64,000 bases of DNA from Phoronis australis (Eukaryota > Animalia > Phoronida), in the NCBI GenBank assembly GCA_002633005.1, contig NMRA01000345.1, positions 62,001 through 126,000 on the forward strand, in the 5' to 3' direction. Below, piece after piece: positions 9,694 through 22,670 of this stretch. Every line of letters starts with the position of its first letter. Within the stretch, counting starts at the first letter, position 1. The position numbers were made by a program, and so were the translations under genes. The notes below the pieces were generated by a model, which was not told the origin of the DNA, searched no databases, and saw only the letters and a program-made list of their open reading frames with translations.

Positions 9694-12207
9694 ATGCGGC
9701 AATCGTATCACTTTTCATCCATCCTACTTTGGACTGTGAAGAAGCTTTTATGACTTGTATGATGAAAAGTGCATTGGTCAATGTAAGGACAAGTATCTGA
9801 GTGTTTCAAGTGTTCTACATGACATGTTTTGACTCATTTTAGCAACAAATTTGGATTTTGCCACAATATGTTTGACTCGTCCGAGAAGAGACTGACAAAC
9901 AATGTGCTGCGTCTAACCTTGTAGGATATCAGTCTTTTATTAAAGAGCATTATCAGTCTTGCTGCTGGAAAACACATTTTTGATATTGTTGATGAATAGA
10001 ATAAACTTCTTCAGGTTTGACCAGAGCTTAAAAATATCAAAATCTGTTGTGTTTTGTGATTTTCTTACAAATCATCAATTCTCCCCGTTGTCTGCCAGAC
10101 ATTCTATGAAATCAAGGTCAGTGACATTATCGGTTGCTGAATACGTCTGCTCTTAAACGTGGAGGATTTAGTTCCATCAGCAAACTGTGACTGGTTGCAG
10201 AGTGTTAGACTGTGACTGCGCCGCTGGTTGCTCGTTTGATTACCTACAGAAGCTGTCTAAGAAAACTACTTTTTGGCCTATCATGTCTATTAGGATATTT
10301 TTGACACATGGTAACAGTTTGGCGTGCAGATTCCAATGCTTCATTCATTTACCATCCACAGTGTGGAGGTGGACTCTCAAATGTGCACAAAAAGCTTTCA
10401 ATTCCCGTGGAATTTAATTTTTTTTAGATAATGCTGGTTCACTCAGAAGTCATCTTGAATTAGCTACAGACATATTGTACATTAATATTGCTGAGAATTG
10501 TAAAGTGAATGGTTTCTCTATTTATACATATAGTGACTTAAAGAAAATTTGAATTGGCTTCAAGCGTTTTGTGTTTTTCTTCTGTACATGCAAAAATAAT
10601 TTGATGATGGTACCTAAATCCCCTTCAGTGGCTAAGTGTATGTGAAATCAGAGTCAGAGTACCCGGTGTGGTGAGCCATTGTGGGTCATCACCCGTAGCC
10701 AATGGGGGGTTATCTGGATAATTTTTAGGGTGCACTGTACATGTAGATGGGCCATTATTTTGTGTTTCTCAACTGCCTGTCCTGACACAGGGGAAGTTGG
10801 ACTTCAGGATTTGGATGTGGAGTAAATGAAACATTTTTGTGAATTTAAAGCATCCGCATTTCATGCTTTTTAGTTGACAAAAATTGAAAATCTAATTCAG
10901 CATTTTAGACCTGTCTTGTAATATTGCTTAAGGTGATAGCATTCAATTTTCGTTACCAATTAGAGCAACAAAACAATCAGTAATTTAAAAAATCTGAGTT
11001 TTTTGTGGGTTGACCAATCCAGAAATTCAAAAATTGCTATGTAAGCATTATTTTGAGTTGCCCGCACATTCGGCAATAATTTAATCCCCAAAGGGCGCTT
11101 ATCTTTACAATTATTGACGGCTAACCGGGTGAAATGCTGTTCTTGCCATTTTCCTCTTATCTCGGCGGAGGCAACTGACGCTTAGTATGCGAGGGAAGAG
11201 TGTCCGTCTATATTCAGTACAGTTGTACAGAGGATACCTGCCTGTGCCTTTATGTGAGGTGCATCTGCCTATGAACTTTTATAGTAAATGCATTTTAAAT
11301 GTAGTCGCATAAACGGCAATTGAAATTAACCTTGAGTTTTTTTTGTTTTTTTTTTGTTGAAGTAAAATTAAGTGCGTGCGTGTTAGCACGTCTAAAAGGT
11401 AAGAACGTGGCATACGTCATCGCCAGTGTCTGTGTACACCAATATCCGTTTGGGTTAGCGTGGTATTTTTTTTTTTCAAGGCATTAGTGTTTTGGTTAAG
11501 AATTCAACATTGCCGACCAAGCAGCATCAAAAAGCAGCTGATTATTTTGATTACTACGCGAAGCCGCTGGGAGGCGCCTCGGTCACGAGAAAAAGCTGTA
11601 GGCCAAGCGTATGACAAATTGATGATAATAAAAATCGTTAGTCCTATAAAAATTGTATCGTGCGCGCCGACCTTATGAAAAAAACATCGCTTAATAAGTG
11701 ATTTAGAACCGAGTATGTTTGTGTCCTACGTGCTGTTTGTGCTCAGCACTAGTTCAGTTGAGACGGGATGTGTCGCTGAAGATTTGACCAAAAGTTCCAT
11801 GGAACTAGGACCCAATATTTCAAGGTTTAAATGCTTTCAGTGTACAGGCTAAGTTGGGGTCCTAATAAAAACTAAGAACATTCTATTTCGTATTTGGTAA
11901 AACAGGTACCTAACATGGGGAGTATTTGCTTTAGTAGTGTCCATAATTAGGAGTCACTGTGATCGACCTCTCCGTGCTGCGCGGTTGTTCGAGGAAATTC
12001 AAGTCCCGCTATAATGGCACAGACCGGAGGTGCGAGAAGTTACCAATTGAGTGTTTACATACATGGCTATGGAAAGCCGGATGCGGCTTCACCTGTTAAT
12101 ATTTATTCTTTACAGATCACTGAGTAGGAGCTACTCGAGTTGTATGGCGTCGTTGTACATTACTGATCAAGTGGAAACGATAACGTCTTGCCAATAAACG
12201 TGTACTA

Positions 12208-13684
12208 TAAAAAATCTGCTGGTATATTACAGCATAAGCGAATTGCGCATAATTAACGCATTCTTGTAAAATCGAGATCTGCAAAGCGTAAATGGAATGC
12301 TTTTGAAGCTCTTGTTGCTGATCTCCTCCTTGATCTGTTTGGGGAAGGAAGTGACAAGTGACGGATTTAAGGGGGGCCAAGGGTGCCATGCCCCTTAAAA
12401 TTCTCCCAGATTCCATCTGGCAGTACGGGGTTTCGAATGTCTGACGGGTAAAATCCTGGCTAATACTTTGCCCTGACCCNCCCCCCCTCCCTAACTCAAA
12501 ATCCTTGATCCGTCCATGGGAACTCATTTTCTATCGTGATATGCCAAGGTTCAATGCTCAATTAGTACTGTGCTGCCAGGGAACTTAATTTATAATTTGC
12601 ATTTCATATTCTGAGTGAAAATGAACGTCCATTTCTTTTTCGGGGTGAATGCCGCACGCTGATCTCTTTTTAGGCTGAAACTATTGTTAAGTTGATGAAT
12701 ACTGAATAGCACCTATATGAGGGTTTCGTATCAAATGTCACTGAATGATTGTTACGAACGGAAATATGTGTATCTGTAATATCGCGACCGGGCACCAACT
12801 GGATATGATACGTCGCCCACACATGAATCATGGCGCGTAGCTAGCAACCGTCGCCCGAACGCTATTTCTTATTCGAAATATTGCTATGAAATTGTTTTAA
12901 AAAGTATAATCTTTATCGTTTTATAGAATTTTACCAAATTTTGTTCTCNAAAAAAAAAAACTGGTGGTATATTATAGCACAACGAATTGCGCATAATTAA
13001 CGCATTCTTGTAAAATTGAAATCTGCAAAGCGTAAATGGAATGTTTTTGAAACTCTTGTTGCTGATCTCCTCCTTGATCTGTTTGGGGATGGAACCAGTG
13101 GCGGATTTAAGGGAGGCTAAGGGCGCCATGCCCCCTAAAATTCTCCCAGATTTCATTTGGCATTACGGGATTGCGAATGTCTGACTGGTAAAATCCTGGC
13201 TAATACTTTGCCCTGGCCCCCCTCCCTAACTCAAAATCCTGGACCCGCCCATGGGAACTCATTTTCTATCGTGATATGCCAAGGTTCAATGCTCAACTTG
13301 TACTGTGCTGCCAGGGAACCTAATTTATAATTTGAGTTTCATATTCTGAGTGAAAAGGAACGTCGTTTTCTTTTTTGGGGTGAATGTCGCACGCTGCTCT
13401 CTTTTTAGGCTGAAGCTATTGTTAAGTTAATGAATACTAGATAGCATCTATATGAGGGTTTCGTGTCAAATGTCATTGAATGACTGTTACGAACGAAAAT
13501 GTGTGTAACTGTGATATCGCCACCGAGCACCAACTGGATATGATACGTCGCCCACACATGAATCATGGCGCGTAGCTAGCAACCGTCGCCCGAACGCTAT
13601 TTCTTATTCGAAATATTGCTATGAAATTGTTTTAAAAAGTATAATCTTTATCGTTTTATAGAATTTTACCAAATTTTGTTCTCA
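12208..13684. repeat. ~735-bp tandem duplication 12208-12948 / 12950-13684 across a single N
   Basis: Collinear copies with many substitutions, identical over the last ~155 bp; N at 12949. Confidence 0.92.
13096..13253. mobile_element. MITE (counterpart at ~12356-12518)
   Basis: Ends CAGTGGCGGATTTA / TGGACCCGCCCATG; 5-bp TSD GGAAC; same terminal type as 5883-6035. Confidence 0.8.
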
Positions 13685-15676
13685 TCTAAACTACCCAGCT
13701 TTAAGGTAAAACAGCACAAAGTAAAAGTTAGGGTGAATGTCGGTATTAAAATCTTAAAATATCCCCAACGTTTCCATCGGTTACCTGAGGGACTTTTTAA
13801 CCGTCGGTAACGAAATCCTATTTCAACACCAGTTTCACCGGATACCCTACGTAAAAATCTTGATTGGTTGTTCCCGTTTACTTTTCGTCTGTTTGACAAT
13901 GAATTACTGTCTACTTATATCATTTGTCTAAATATCACATTCTTTTAATTATTTATTAACTGGGCGGTGTTGTCTAGAGCCGCAGCCGCATCCGTCATTT
14001 TTTAAACCCGGCAGACTTCTGAGGTAGTTCTGATTTAACTCAGAAATGGGCCACGCCTACTCACCAGTGATTGGATACTCAATCGCTTAACATAATTATA
14101 TGTTTACTGGCATTACTGGTCACTAAATCACCTCGGCGTATGTGTCCCGCTACAGGGACCTCGTCCGTCTTGAACGGGTATTGCCCACTAAGCATGTCCG
14201 TGTAAAAGCGTATAATAGATACACCATGAAAAGGTGAACGTTTTACTACATAACATGTTGGTAAGCCTCGGTCAAGGTTATGTAATATTATGTTCATTCT
14301 GTCCTATGCAATGGTACATTTGCCTGTGGCATGCAAAATGTCACGCAACGTCGTTTGCTTGAACCCCGTGTGCGGTGTTCGTTAAAAGTGAATATTTTCT
14401 TTCGCATTTGCTATTTCTCTAACTCCTCAAACTTAGCTTGACACACCACACAATCAAATAAACATACGGCGCGTAGATATCAATTCAGTGAGTGTCAGCA
14501 ATTTCGAGAAATGATTCGTCCATCCATTCGTTTGATAATTAATGAAGGTACAGGGTGCCTCAAACTTAAGGGGCACATTTGCAATAAGAGAAACTCGACA
14601 AAAGGAGATGTTCATGCCTTCGCGCTGGCAGCGTAGCCAAATGTTTGGGAGGTTTAACCAAGTAAAAAACTCTCAGCAAATGGACACCTCCTGTGGGTGA
14701 ACACTTGCTTTGTCACGACAACTGTTTTACTACATGGGCTCTTTCTTTATGGCATTTGTCTCAAGTTGTCCGTTATTCAAATTAGATGTGATTGTCTTGT
14801 AAAGAACTGACATTTCAGCTTTACTGGAGACCACGCTCTGCAAGTTGGATTGTCACGGCGAGTCATCAGTATTATGCTACACCGAGCACGTCCAAGTACT
14901 GTAACTACTTTAAGTACTGTACATAGGCCAACTCCAACTGCCAGTTCTTTGCAAAACCCAGAAATCACTTCTCGAAAGGGAGAATTTGAGAACAGTGGTT
15001 TTATAGCGGTATGTACGGTCTAAATCAAAGGTTGGCTTATCAGACGGGACGTGGGCTTATAGCCGCTTCATCTAGGTGTTGTTTGTCCCAGGGCGGCGTT
15101 TCGGTTCATGAACTGGTAACAATAAGACTCGGAAAAAATTATTAACACCGATAACATCCTCCCTGTCATTCACCACCTGTTTACCTGTTGGTGAAAGTTA
15201 ATTTGATACCGTGAAGATTAAATTTGGTTAATCTGGATCAGAAGCGCCGCTTGTAACATGTTTTGATTTATCATATCGAGTGGATTAAAAGTTATACCGA
15301 ATGAACACGTTGAAACAAGCGAAGGTGTGAAACATCCATGACTGAGACATCATTCTCCTCAGTTGAAAAGGGCTAATTAAACTTATGTAAACCTGAGAAT
15401 TGACCTTTGACAAATTTCATTTTCCTTTGAATACATTTTAAGTATTTTACATGGTATGATAAAATCCGGTTTAGACAATGACTTTTTTGATCAACTGATT
15501 AATGCTTTCATAAGTAGGAGTACTGTACATAATCAAGCATTTGAATTGAACTGACTCAGTGTTAATTGTGTGTAATATTCTGATGATTTCCTGACAAAAT
15601 ATCGTGGTCAAGTTAACGTTAAAAGACAAGGCACTCAACAGTTAACTGGCAGAAATCGCACGAAAATGATCACCTG

Positions 15677-15725
15677 TGAGTGTGCGTGCGTGCGTGCGTG
15701 CGCGCGTGTGTGTGTGCGCGCGCGC
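15677..15725. repeat. (TGCG)n/(TG)n/(CG)n alternating purine-pyrimidine microsatellite
   Basis: Direct reading. Confidence 0.9.
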
Positions 15726-15944
15726 ACTATAGAGATGATCCCTTCTGCCTTTCCCAAGTTTCGAGTTTAGACGTTTAGTTGACACATAGCAGATGATCGG
15801 GCGAAACTTGCTCACAAACGAGTCAATTTTGTTTACACACATACTTGCGCCCGATCATCTCATTCCGTGTCAGATGATCTTTGTCGACATACGTGGACAT
15901 TGCAGAATTGAAGCGAATTCCCAGTATAGTATTAATTAGACATC

Positions 15945-16101
15945 TGGGCTGGGTTGCATAAAGCTGCAAAAGTTATCCGCTAGATAACTTTGATTGTTGC
16001 ACGACCGGTCTGGTGGATTGTCCAACAATAACGACGTGGCGCGTGATAATGCGACGTCATTGTTGCTATACGGCGTATAACTTTTATACAACTGGGCCCT
16101 G
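15945..16101. mobile_element. Short MITE-like element
   Basis: Imperfect TIRs CTGGGCTGGGTTGCATAAAG / CTTTTATACAACTGGGCCCTG. Confidence 0.6.
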
Positions 16102-16471
16102 ATTACAAAAAGGGCTGACATGCTGCTAACACTGACTGACACATACATGTATAAACATTGAGTCATGACATTGCAGCATGACTGGGACCTGGTGTGGTCG
16201 CGAAAAACAGAAAAAGTAGTCGTTTGCTTTGGAATACACAGTTTCACCTATTCGTGAAGACATGAAGCAAACGTGTAGTCTTTTCATTGTTTCTTTATGT
16301 TTTACATTTAGAATGCTTGTCCGTTAAATATGAGTGGTGTTTGAAATTATATATTGGATTCACAAATTGTTCATAGCATAGATTATAAAATTAGCGATTT
16401 ACACGTTCACATAACATGATAAAATAAGAGTTGACACAAACAGTGTGAGCAATGGAGTACGACATAATACT

Positions 16472-17083
16472 CGTGGGACGGGGGTGTTACTCCCCAAAAG
16501 GAGGTATACGGAACGTGCCGCTCAGAATACATGAATTCTTCACGACCTCCAGCTTCCTTCCCAGAATGCCTTTACGGCAAATTTCCTTAGGAAATGATGC
16601 ATTATACGAAATGTTTCTCTTCCCCTTAATTGCCGAAAATTTGCAGAAAGTTTCAAACATTATCTATATCACTCTGCAAAAGATGTACTCATTTTTGTCA
16701 GCGTGACATTTTTTCTCGTAGATCTTTAGGTCTACTAGGTTAAAAGGACAAATGTCCCAGCTGAAAAATCCTTACGATAAGGTTAGTACGGGGATAATTC
16801 TCACAACTGGGAGGTGTTTTTGGAACAAAACTCCATGAAAGCCACGTTTCTGTCTCCACATTTAAGACTGTGATCATTCCATTTCCTTAACCCTTCCAGC
16901 TGGGATTCTTAATAATTAGGGGACTGCTTACTGTCAATGTTGATCATGAGTGATCTCTTCATGGAACTGACTGCCACAAAATTTGGGTCCCGTTTGTCGA
17001 GTCTACTCTTTGAATGGCTGGGTATGATCCTAATGTCTAGCTTCATCCTCCGTTAATTATAGTCAAATACCCCCCTCCCCCGG
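16472..17083. mobile_element. Interspersed repeat, related copy at ~31710-32050
   Basis: Shared GGAACGTGCCG.TCAGAA..TCTTCAC.ACC and ATTATCTATATC..AAAGAT.TACT.ATTTTTG blocks; G-run/C-run termini. Confidence 0.55.
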
Positions 17084-18299
17084 CGTGTCAAGGGCCTAGC
17101 AGTGTTCCCGGGGTGTAGTGTAATTATGATGTTTAATATGGACGTTGCCGCTCTATTTCTGGGGTACACGGACATCTTTTTGTGGGATAGAGTAATCGCA
17201 AAGTTGGCCCGTATAACATACATGTATCACCCGACCACCGCTGTCGCCTATCACGGTTCGTCGCAGGTTCTGACAGTTTATTGAATACAATAACTTGTGC
17301 TGCCTTCAGAAACATTCCAAACCTAGATCGTGAAAGGCAAACTAGTGCCCTGTGGCAAAAAGAAAACGCTTTGCCCAGTTTTCATTCAGTAATTATTTGT
17401 ACAACTCAAGTATTCAAAAGGTGCGCTCTAAAAAGAGTTTACACAACGCCTTCTCGCCTTCAGAATGCTTGATCCCGGGCTTGACCTGATGACGTCTTTC
17501 TTAACATAATTTCTTTTCATTTGTGAAACTGAGTGGTCAATGACCTGAGAACGATATACAGCTTACTGCATCAAACATATGTACCTTAACAATGCTGTCA
17601 GCGACATTTACAAGGTGTGATTTCCCTAATGCAATTTATCACCAAATAAAATTCGTATTGTGAAATTGCGGATTCTTTATCAATGGATACCGCGGACAAA
17701 TCGTTGCCAGCTTGTTATCGTTTTTCTTGTTAGGTCTTCCCCTACAGTGGGTCCTTTTAGGGCTCACGAGTAAAGTATTCAGTGTTTTCAGCTCACCAAC
17801 AATTGCATTGAAAAGTAATGAATGATGATAAGCCACGAATAATCATGAGTGGTCCGTGCATATTGTCATGTTCTCAGTTACATTTGTGTCAAAGCCATCC
17901 GGATTTCCATATTTCTGTACAGAAGACGACGTGAATGTTAAACTGGCGGAGGGAGCAACCGCAAGTTTCGAATGAAAAAATGTTCGTGTAAGTCTTAAAA
18001 ATGGCCCGTCGAGGTACACGTAGCTTTTTTGAGGCAGTCGTGAAGGTGGGCTCAATCTGTCATACTAGGCTTAAGGCTTTATTGATGTTCTAGTCTTCTG
18101 CGTAGCTTCTTGCTGTAATTGGTCATGTATAGTGTAAGAAAAATGACAATATATAGGGGTGCTTCCATGGTTACATGGAACTCATATTGTCAGCGGAAAT
18201 GTCGATGTTGTCACTGAACAACGCACTTGTTCAAATGCAAAGGGAAATTTCTCTCTCAAACATGCTTGTACATTGGTTTAGTATTATGCAGCAACCTAC

Positions 18300-18820
18300 A
18301 AAATCTTGAAGTTGGTCAAACTTCGGAACGTCATGTCTCAGAAGTAGTTGATCGGATTGACGTGATACTTCATCAGACGCTATGCTTCATGTACTGTACT
18401 CCAAAACGATGTTAGGAATGGATGTTTTTAAAATTCTCCACCTTTGCGTGATTAGCAATCAAAAATAGAACTTTTATGATAAATGTGAAAAAAATCAAAA
18501 GTTGCGTAAACGAAAGAGAAGTGATAATTTATACCTCTGTAACGACATTGATGAGAGTTCGTCTTCGTTGAACACTAATATCAAATGAATTCGCTCATGT
18601 TCTTGATACCATTGTTTTTCTATGGATACTGCACCTTTCTTTTTTTGCTAAATTTTACTAAAAAGATATGCTGCAGTTAATCAATGAATGGCAGTTTGGA
18701 ATAAAGTCAGACGTCAAATTCTTCAGGCGTCCAACTTTGAGAAAACACCTACTTTTACTGAGTTAAAACCTATGTGGCTAAATACACTGACAAGTCGATA
18801 AGGTCCTACATGACCTTGGA
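18300..18820 (+). mobile_element. Decayed copy of a ~450-500 bp non-autonomous DNA transposon family
   Basis: CTTCGGAAC.TCAT.TCTCAGAA and TTTTGCTAAATTTTACTAAAAAG blocks shared with 25732-26248 and 33027-33470. Confidence 0.7.
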
Positions 18821-19093
18821 GTTGGTAAGTGATCGCTCAATAACAAACCTCAAAGGATAACGCGGTCCATTTCATACTTGAGATTTTTTGTTGTAAAAAG
18901 CACGATGCAGAAGTGATGAATACGCGCTGCAAATCTCAGTAACAATGGTAAACCTTTTAGTGAGTTGTCTGTACACGCAGCGAAGGAGACATCTCCGTTT
19001 AGAGGGGTAGGACTTACATAAATAGATACGTCATCATGATAGCCCATGGTTTAAGGAGCGATTGGAAGATCAAACACGTAGACTCTGAGCTAA

Positions 19094-19145
19094 CCTCAGA
19101 ACGGTGAGGTTCTCTGCCTCAGAACGGTGAGGTTCTCTGCCTCAG
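19094..19145. repeat. 23-bp tandem duplication CCTCAGAACGGTGAGGTTCTCTG x2
   Basis: Direct reading. Confidence 0.9.
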
Positions 19146-21418
19146 GCAAAAACAGTGGTCCCTCTCAGTCTAAACGGAGCCATTAAACTAAATGAACTGG
19201 AATCATCTCTATTACCAGAAGAATCTTAGTATTGACAAGAATTCCTTGTAGACTTAATCACACACGATTTCCTAAACATCCTTATTAGTAAAGTCAGAGC
19301 ACAGGGAGGCGAAGTATATACGAAACTAAGCATGTTAACACAAATTAAGTTCTCGTAAAATCTTTACGCTTCACATAATCACGACGTTGTTTTCTCACTT
19401 GAGCGTGAATGCTTGGTCGCGTCCATTTATGATGAATATTGTATTGCCGCCGTCTCACGCAAGCTGAGGACGATTAAAGCCCATTGTAAGCACAGGCACA
19501 CAGGTCGCATTGAAAACGACACACCCAATGAAAATGCACCAATTCATCAACAGCGCTGCGTGGCCAAGGCTGCAATGTTAACTACTCCTCATATTCGTCT
19601 CTTATAGTTCGTAAATTCAATTCATCAAAGAGTGTTCGACACGTCTTCTCCCGTCGGAAACTGTGGTACTACTGGTCCCGTTTGTCGCACGCGCCCGTGC
19701 ACTGCGTTAAGAGAACAGGTTTGACCAGTCTGACGAGAATTACAGTGGCTAGCAATGAATACCTGCACAGTCAGGGAATGGTGAGTTATTTTTAGGATGT
19801 CCTTGTGCGTTAGGTGAAAACTAATAAGCAGTACTGAGGAATAGAATTGTACAGAAAGGTGATGCATACGCCTGGATATAAAACACGTGGCTAAAGGAAG
19901 CGGTGTTTCTGTTAACTGATACATTTTACTTTGCGTTACATTGAATAAATAAATAACATCACGCGGCTATGTATACGAAAAAGAGCATAATTAGCAAATT
20001 TGTGAAACTTAAAAAATCGACGTGTAATATCGACAATTGCCTACAGATCCAGTGACATGTCCATGTTTGGTCTGCCAAAATACTCTCACAGGTTGAGTAA
20101 TTAATGAACATTTTCCCATGAGAAAATTTGGTCACGGTCTGTCAATCTGTGGACAAAACTAAATTCGTTTGCATAATTATTCTACAGGGTGTTTCGAAAT
20201 TATGGGACACATTTTATCGTTATGATTTACAAAAGTGTGTAAGGACTCGCATATTCAAATTAATGATATTTGGGACTACTTGAAAGAAAGAATTCACGTG
20301 AAAAACTCCAAACGACATCTGAACATTACGTTATGTAGGACCGTGTGGACAAGTCAGCCTTTAGCCAAGTAACTACGAAACTAAAGAGTTAACCCATTAG
20401 ATTTATGTATCTTCAGAAATTAGAAAACACGTAGAATTTGTTTTTTCTACTTTATACCAATCTGACAATAATTGAGTCGCATGATCATGCATTTTTAGTC
20501 AAAGAAGCATCGATAGTAAAGCACCCCAAGTAACGTTACAGTTTTTACAGTATACGGCCTCCATGTACGCCGGAGATTCAACGGGAGACTAACTTTTGAT
20601 TTAACTGCCTACCGTTATGATTTCTGGCCTTGCAAAGGCAGACAATCATTCACTGTTTGAGACCAGATGCCGCCGGTTCTGTAAACGCGTTTACACGTGT
20701 ACCTATTATAATCTTTTATGCTCATTAGACCCTAGTCCATACTTTAGGGATTACTACAACTTAACTTTTATTCACAATTATATCTGTTTTATTCTCCACC
20801 TTTAGCTTAAGTTCCATTTTTCCACGTTTCTGTTAAATTTAATGTCGCAGAAATAGCCCGCCGCAGCTGGCTAATGTTAATGTGTTCTCCGAACGACGTT
20901 AAATAAAGATTCTTGATTCTTGACTCTTGATTCTTGGACTCAAGAAAACCTACAAGATCACGCTACTGAGATACTGCCATGCGTTACAAGCAAAGTCTGT
21001 GATAGCGCTACATGTAGCTTTATTCGCGAGATTCTTGGGTCTACGCATCTCAGCCCATGCCCTGGAATTTGGTATGTCACGGCGGGTCAAGCAATGGTCC
21101 AAAGTAGTTCTGTAAACATTTGTCAGTTCTCATCAAGACCACTTTTTATCTGATTTAGGAACAAGTTAAGACCAGTTTTTAGCTTTAAGTGATTGACTTT
21201 GGTTATGGAAAGCGCCGCTTAAGGCTATTTGACTTTTCCTTTTCATTCATTATCTGACTGGTTTGTTGATCACGACATATTGCAAGTACACTGACATTTA
21301 AAACCGCGACCGTCCCTATAGAAACAAACGGTTTGTAGGTCTGTGTTTATACAATACACGATTAACAGTCAAGTCGCATTTGGTAGTTGAAATGTTAGTA
21401 ATGACTGTCATCGCCAGT

Positions 21419-21517
21419 CATCATCACCATCACCATCACCATCACCATCACCCTCACCCTCACCACCACCACCACCACCACCACCATCACCATCACCATC
21501 ATCATCACCATCATCAC

Positions 21518-21577
<60 letters not shown>

Positions 21578-21582
21578 CATCA
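21419..21582. repeat. (CAC/CAT)n trinucleotide microsatellite
   Basis: Direct reading; source of the poly-His and poly-Met ORFs. Confidence 0.97.
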
Positions 21583-22379
21583 TGGGGTGTTACCCGGGAA
21601 TCACTCCTATAGAATAAGCCCTGTCTTTTGCACTGAAGCGGAATGAAAACATTAACAGTAGGCCTATGCCTCGTTCAAATGGTTATTCTAACAAGGGTTA
21701 GTTGCAGGCTACTCAAATTTGAGCATAAAATTGGTGGATTGAAAAGCTTTTGTGTTCCAAATAAATAAATTTCTTCTCGTTGTTATTCTCATCAAGGGTT
21801 TGCATTGATTTAGAAGTGTTGAGATACACATAATACGAGTTGCTCATGGTCTCTAGTGTAGGGACATTGGCAGTCCAAATTTCGAGGTTTGCGAACTATT
21901 TAAAACGATCGAAACTAAACCCTATGCTTTAGTAATTTCAACCAGTCCACTGCTCTTATTGTGTCCCACTTGAATGACAAAGGCAGTCAACTAAGCACAC
22001 TGTGTCTTATAATATACGTGTCCTGTTATTATTACCCGTATGCTGTCCATCCCCGTGAGGTGTCGCGCAATTCATCCAAAGCGTTAGTCGGTCACACTTT
22101 CTTACTTTGTCACGAGTTTTTAAACTTGCTCCAGACTTTTAAGGGCTCAAGGGGCTTACAGAGTATAGGCATCATTTGTTCCTGAAAAACAAAAGGGAAA
22201 AGTCGTTGTTAAATACATATGTAGCCAAGTACACCATTTTATCCCAGTTCCTGGGATCGAACATAACTCACGAATAGACCAAACCGTATCGTTTCAACCT
22301 TCAAGTATGAGTCCAGGTTTTGAGTTTTGTTGTGTCTCAGTTATACTCTATGTTTGTATAAACTCTGTGCCCTACACGA

Positions 22380-22670
22380 ACTGCTTGATTACGCAATAAG
22401 TCCTAAAATGAACACTGTGTAAATAATTGATTCAGTAACATCTCGAAAATACCCGATGTTTTACGAATACCCTCGGAGGTGAACGTTACGAAATCTTACC
22501 ATGAGCGAACTTCAGCAATACGGCAAGTCCTGTGACTTTCAGACTGGAAAATGATTGGCCTTTTAGTATGGTCGCACATGAACAGAAAAGGTTCTCGGGA
22601 AATTCTGGGCTACGAACCACACTCAAGGTGTTTGGAACATCTTCGGAGGTGTTTTCAGATCTGCTAGTGA
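22380..22670. repeat. Interspersed repeat with inverted relative at ~36430-36790
   Basis: ATGGTCGCACATGAACAGAAAAG matches the reverse complement of CTTATCTGCCCATGTGCGAACCA; shared CTCGG/CCGAG subrepeats. Confidence 0.5.

Noticed and set aside
20860-21090. AATAAAG(ATTCTTG)n tail and LRISAHALE peptide suggesting LINE 3' debris (similar trace at 39220-39400, - strand)
   Set aside because: Plausible but too short and decayed to assign boundaries or family.
21380-21646. Poly-His ORF (possible metal-binding peptide) and antisense poly-Met ORF
   Set aside because: Pure (CAC/CAT)n microsatellite with no splice or homology support.
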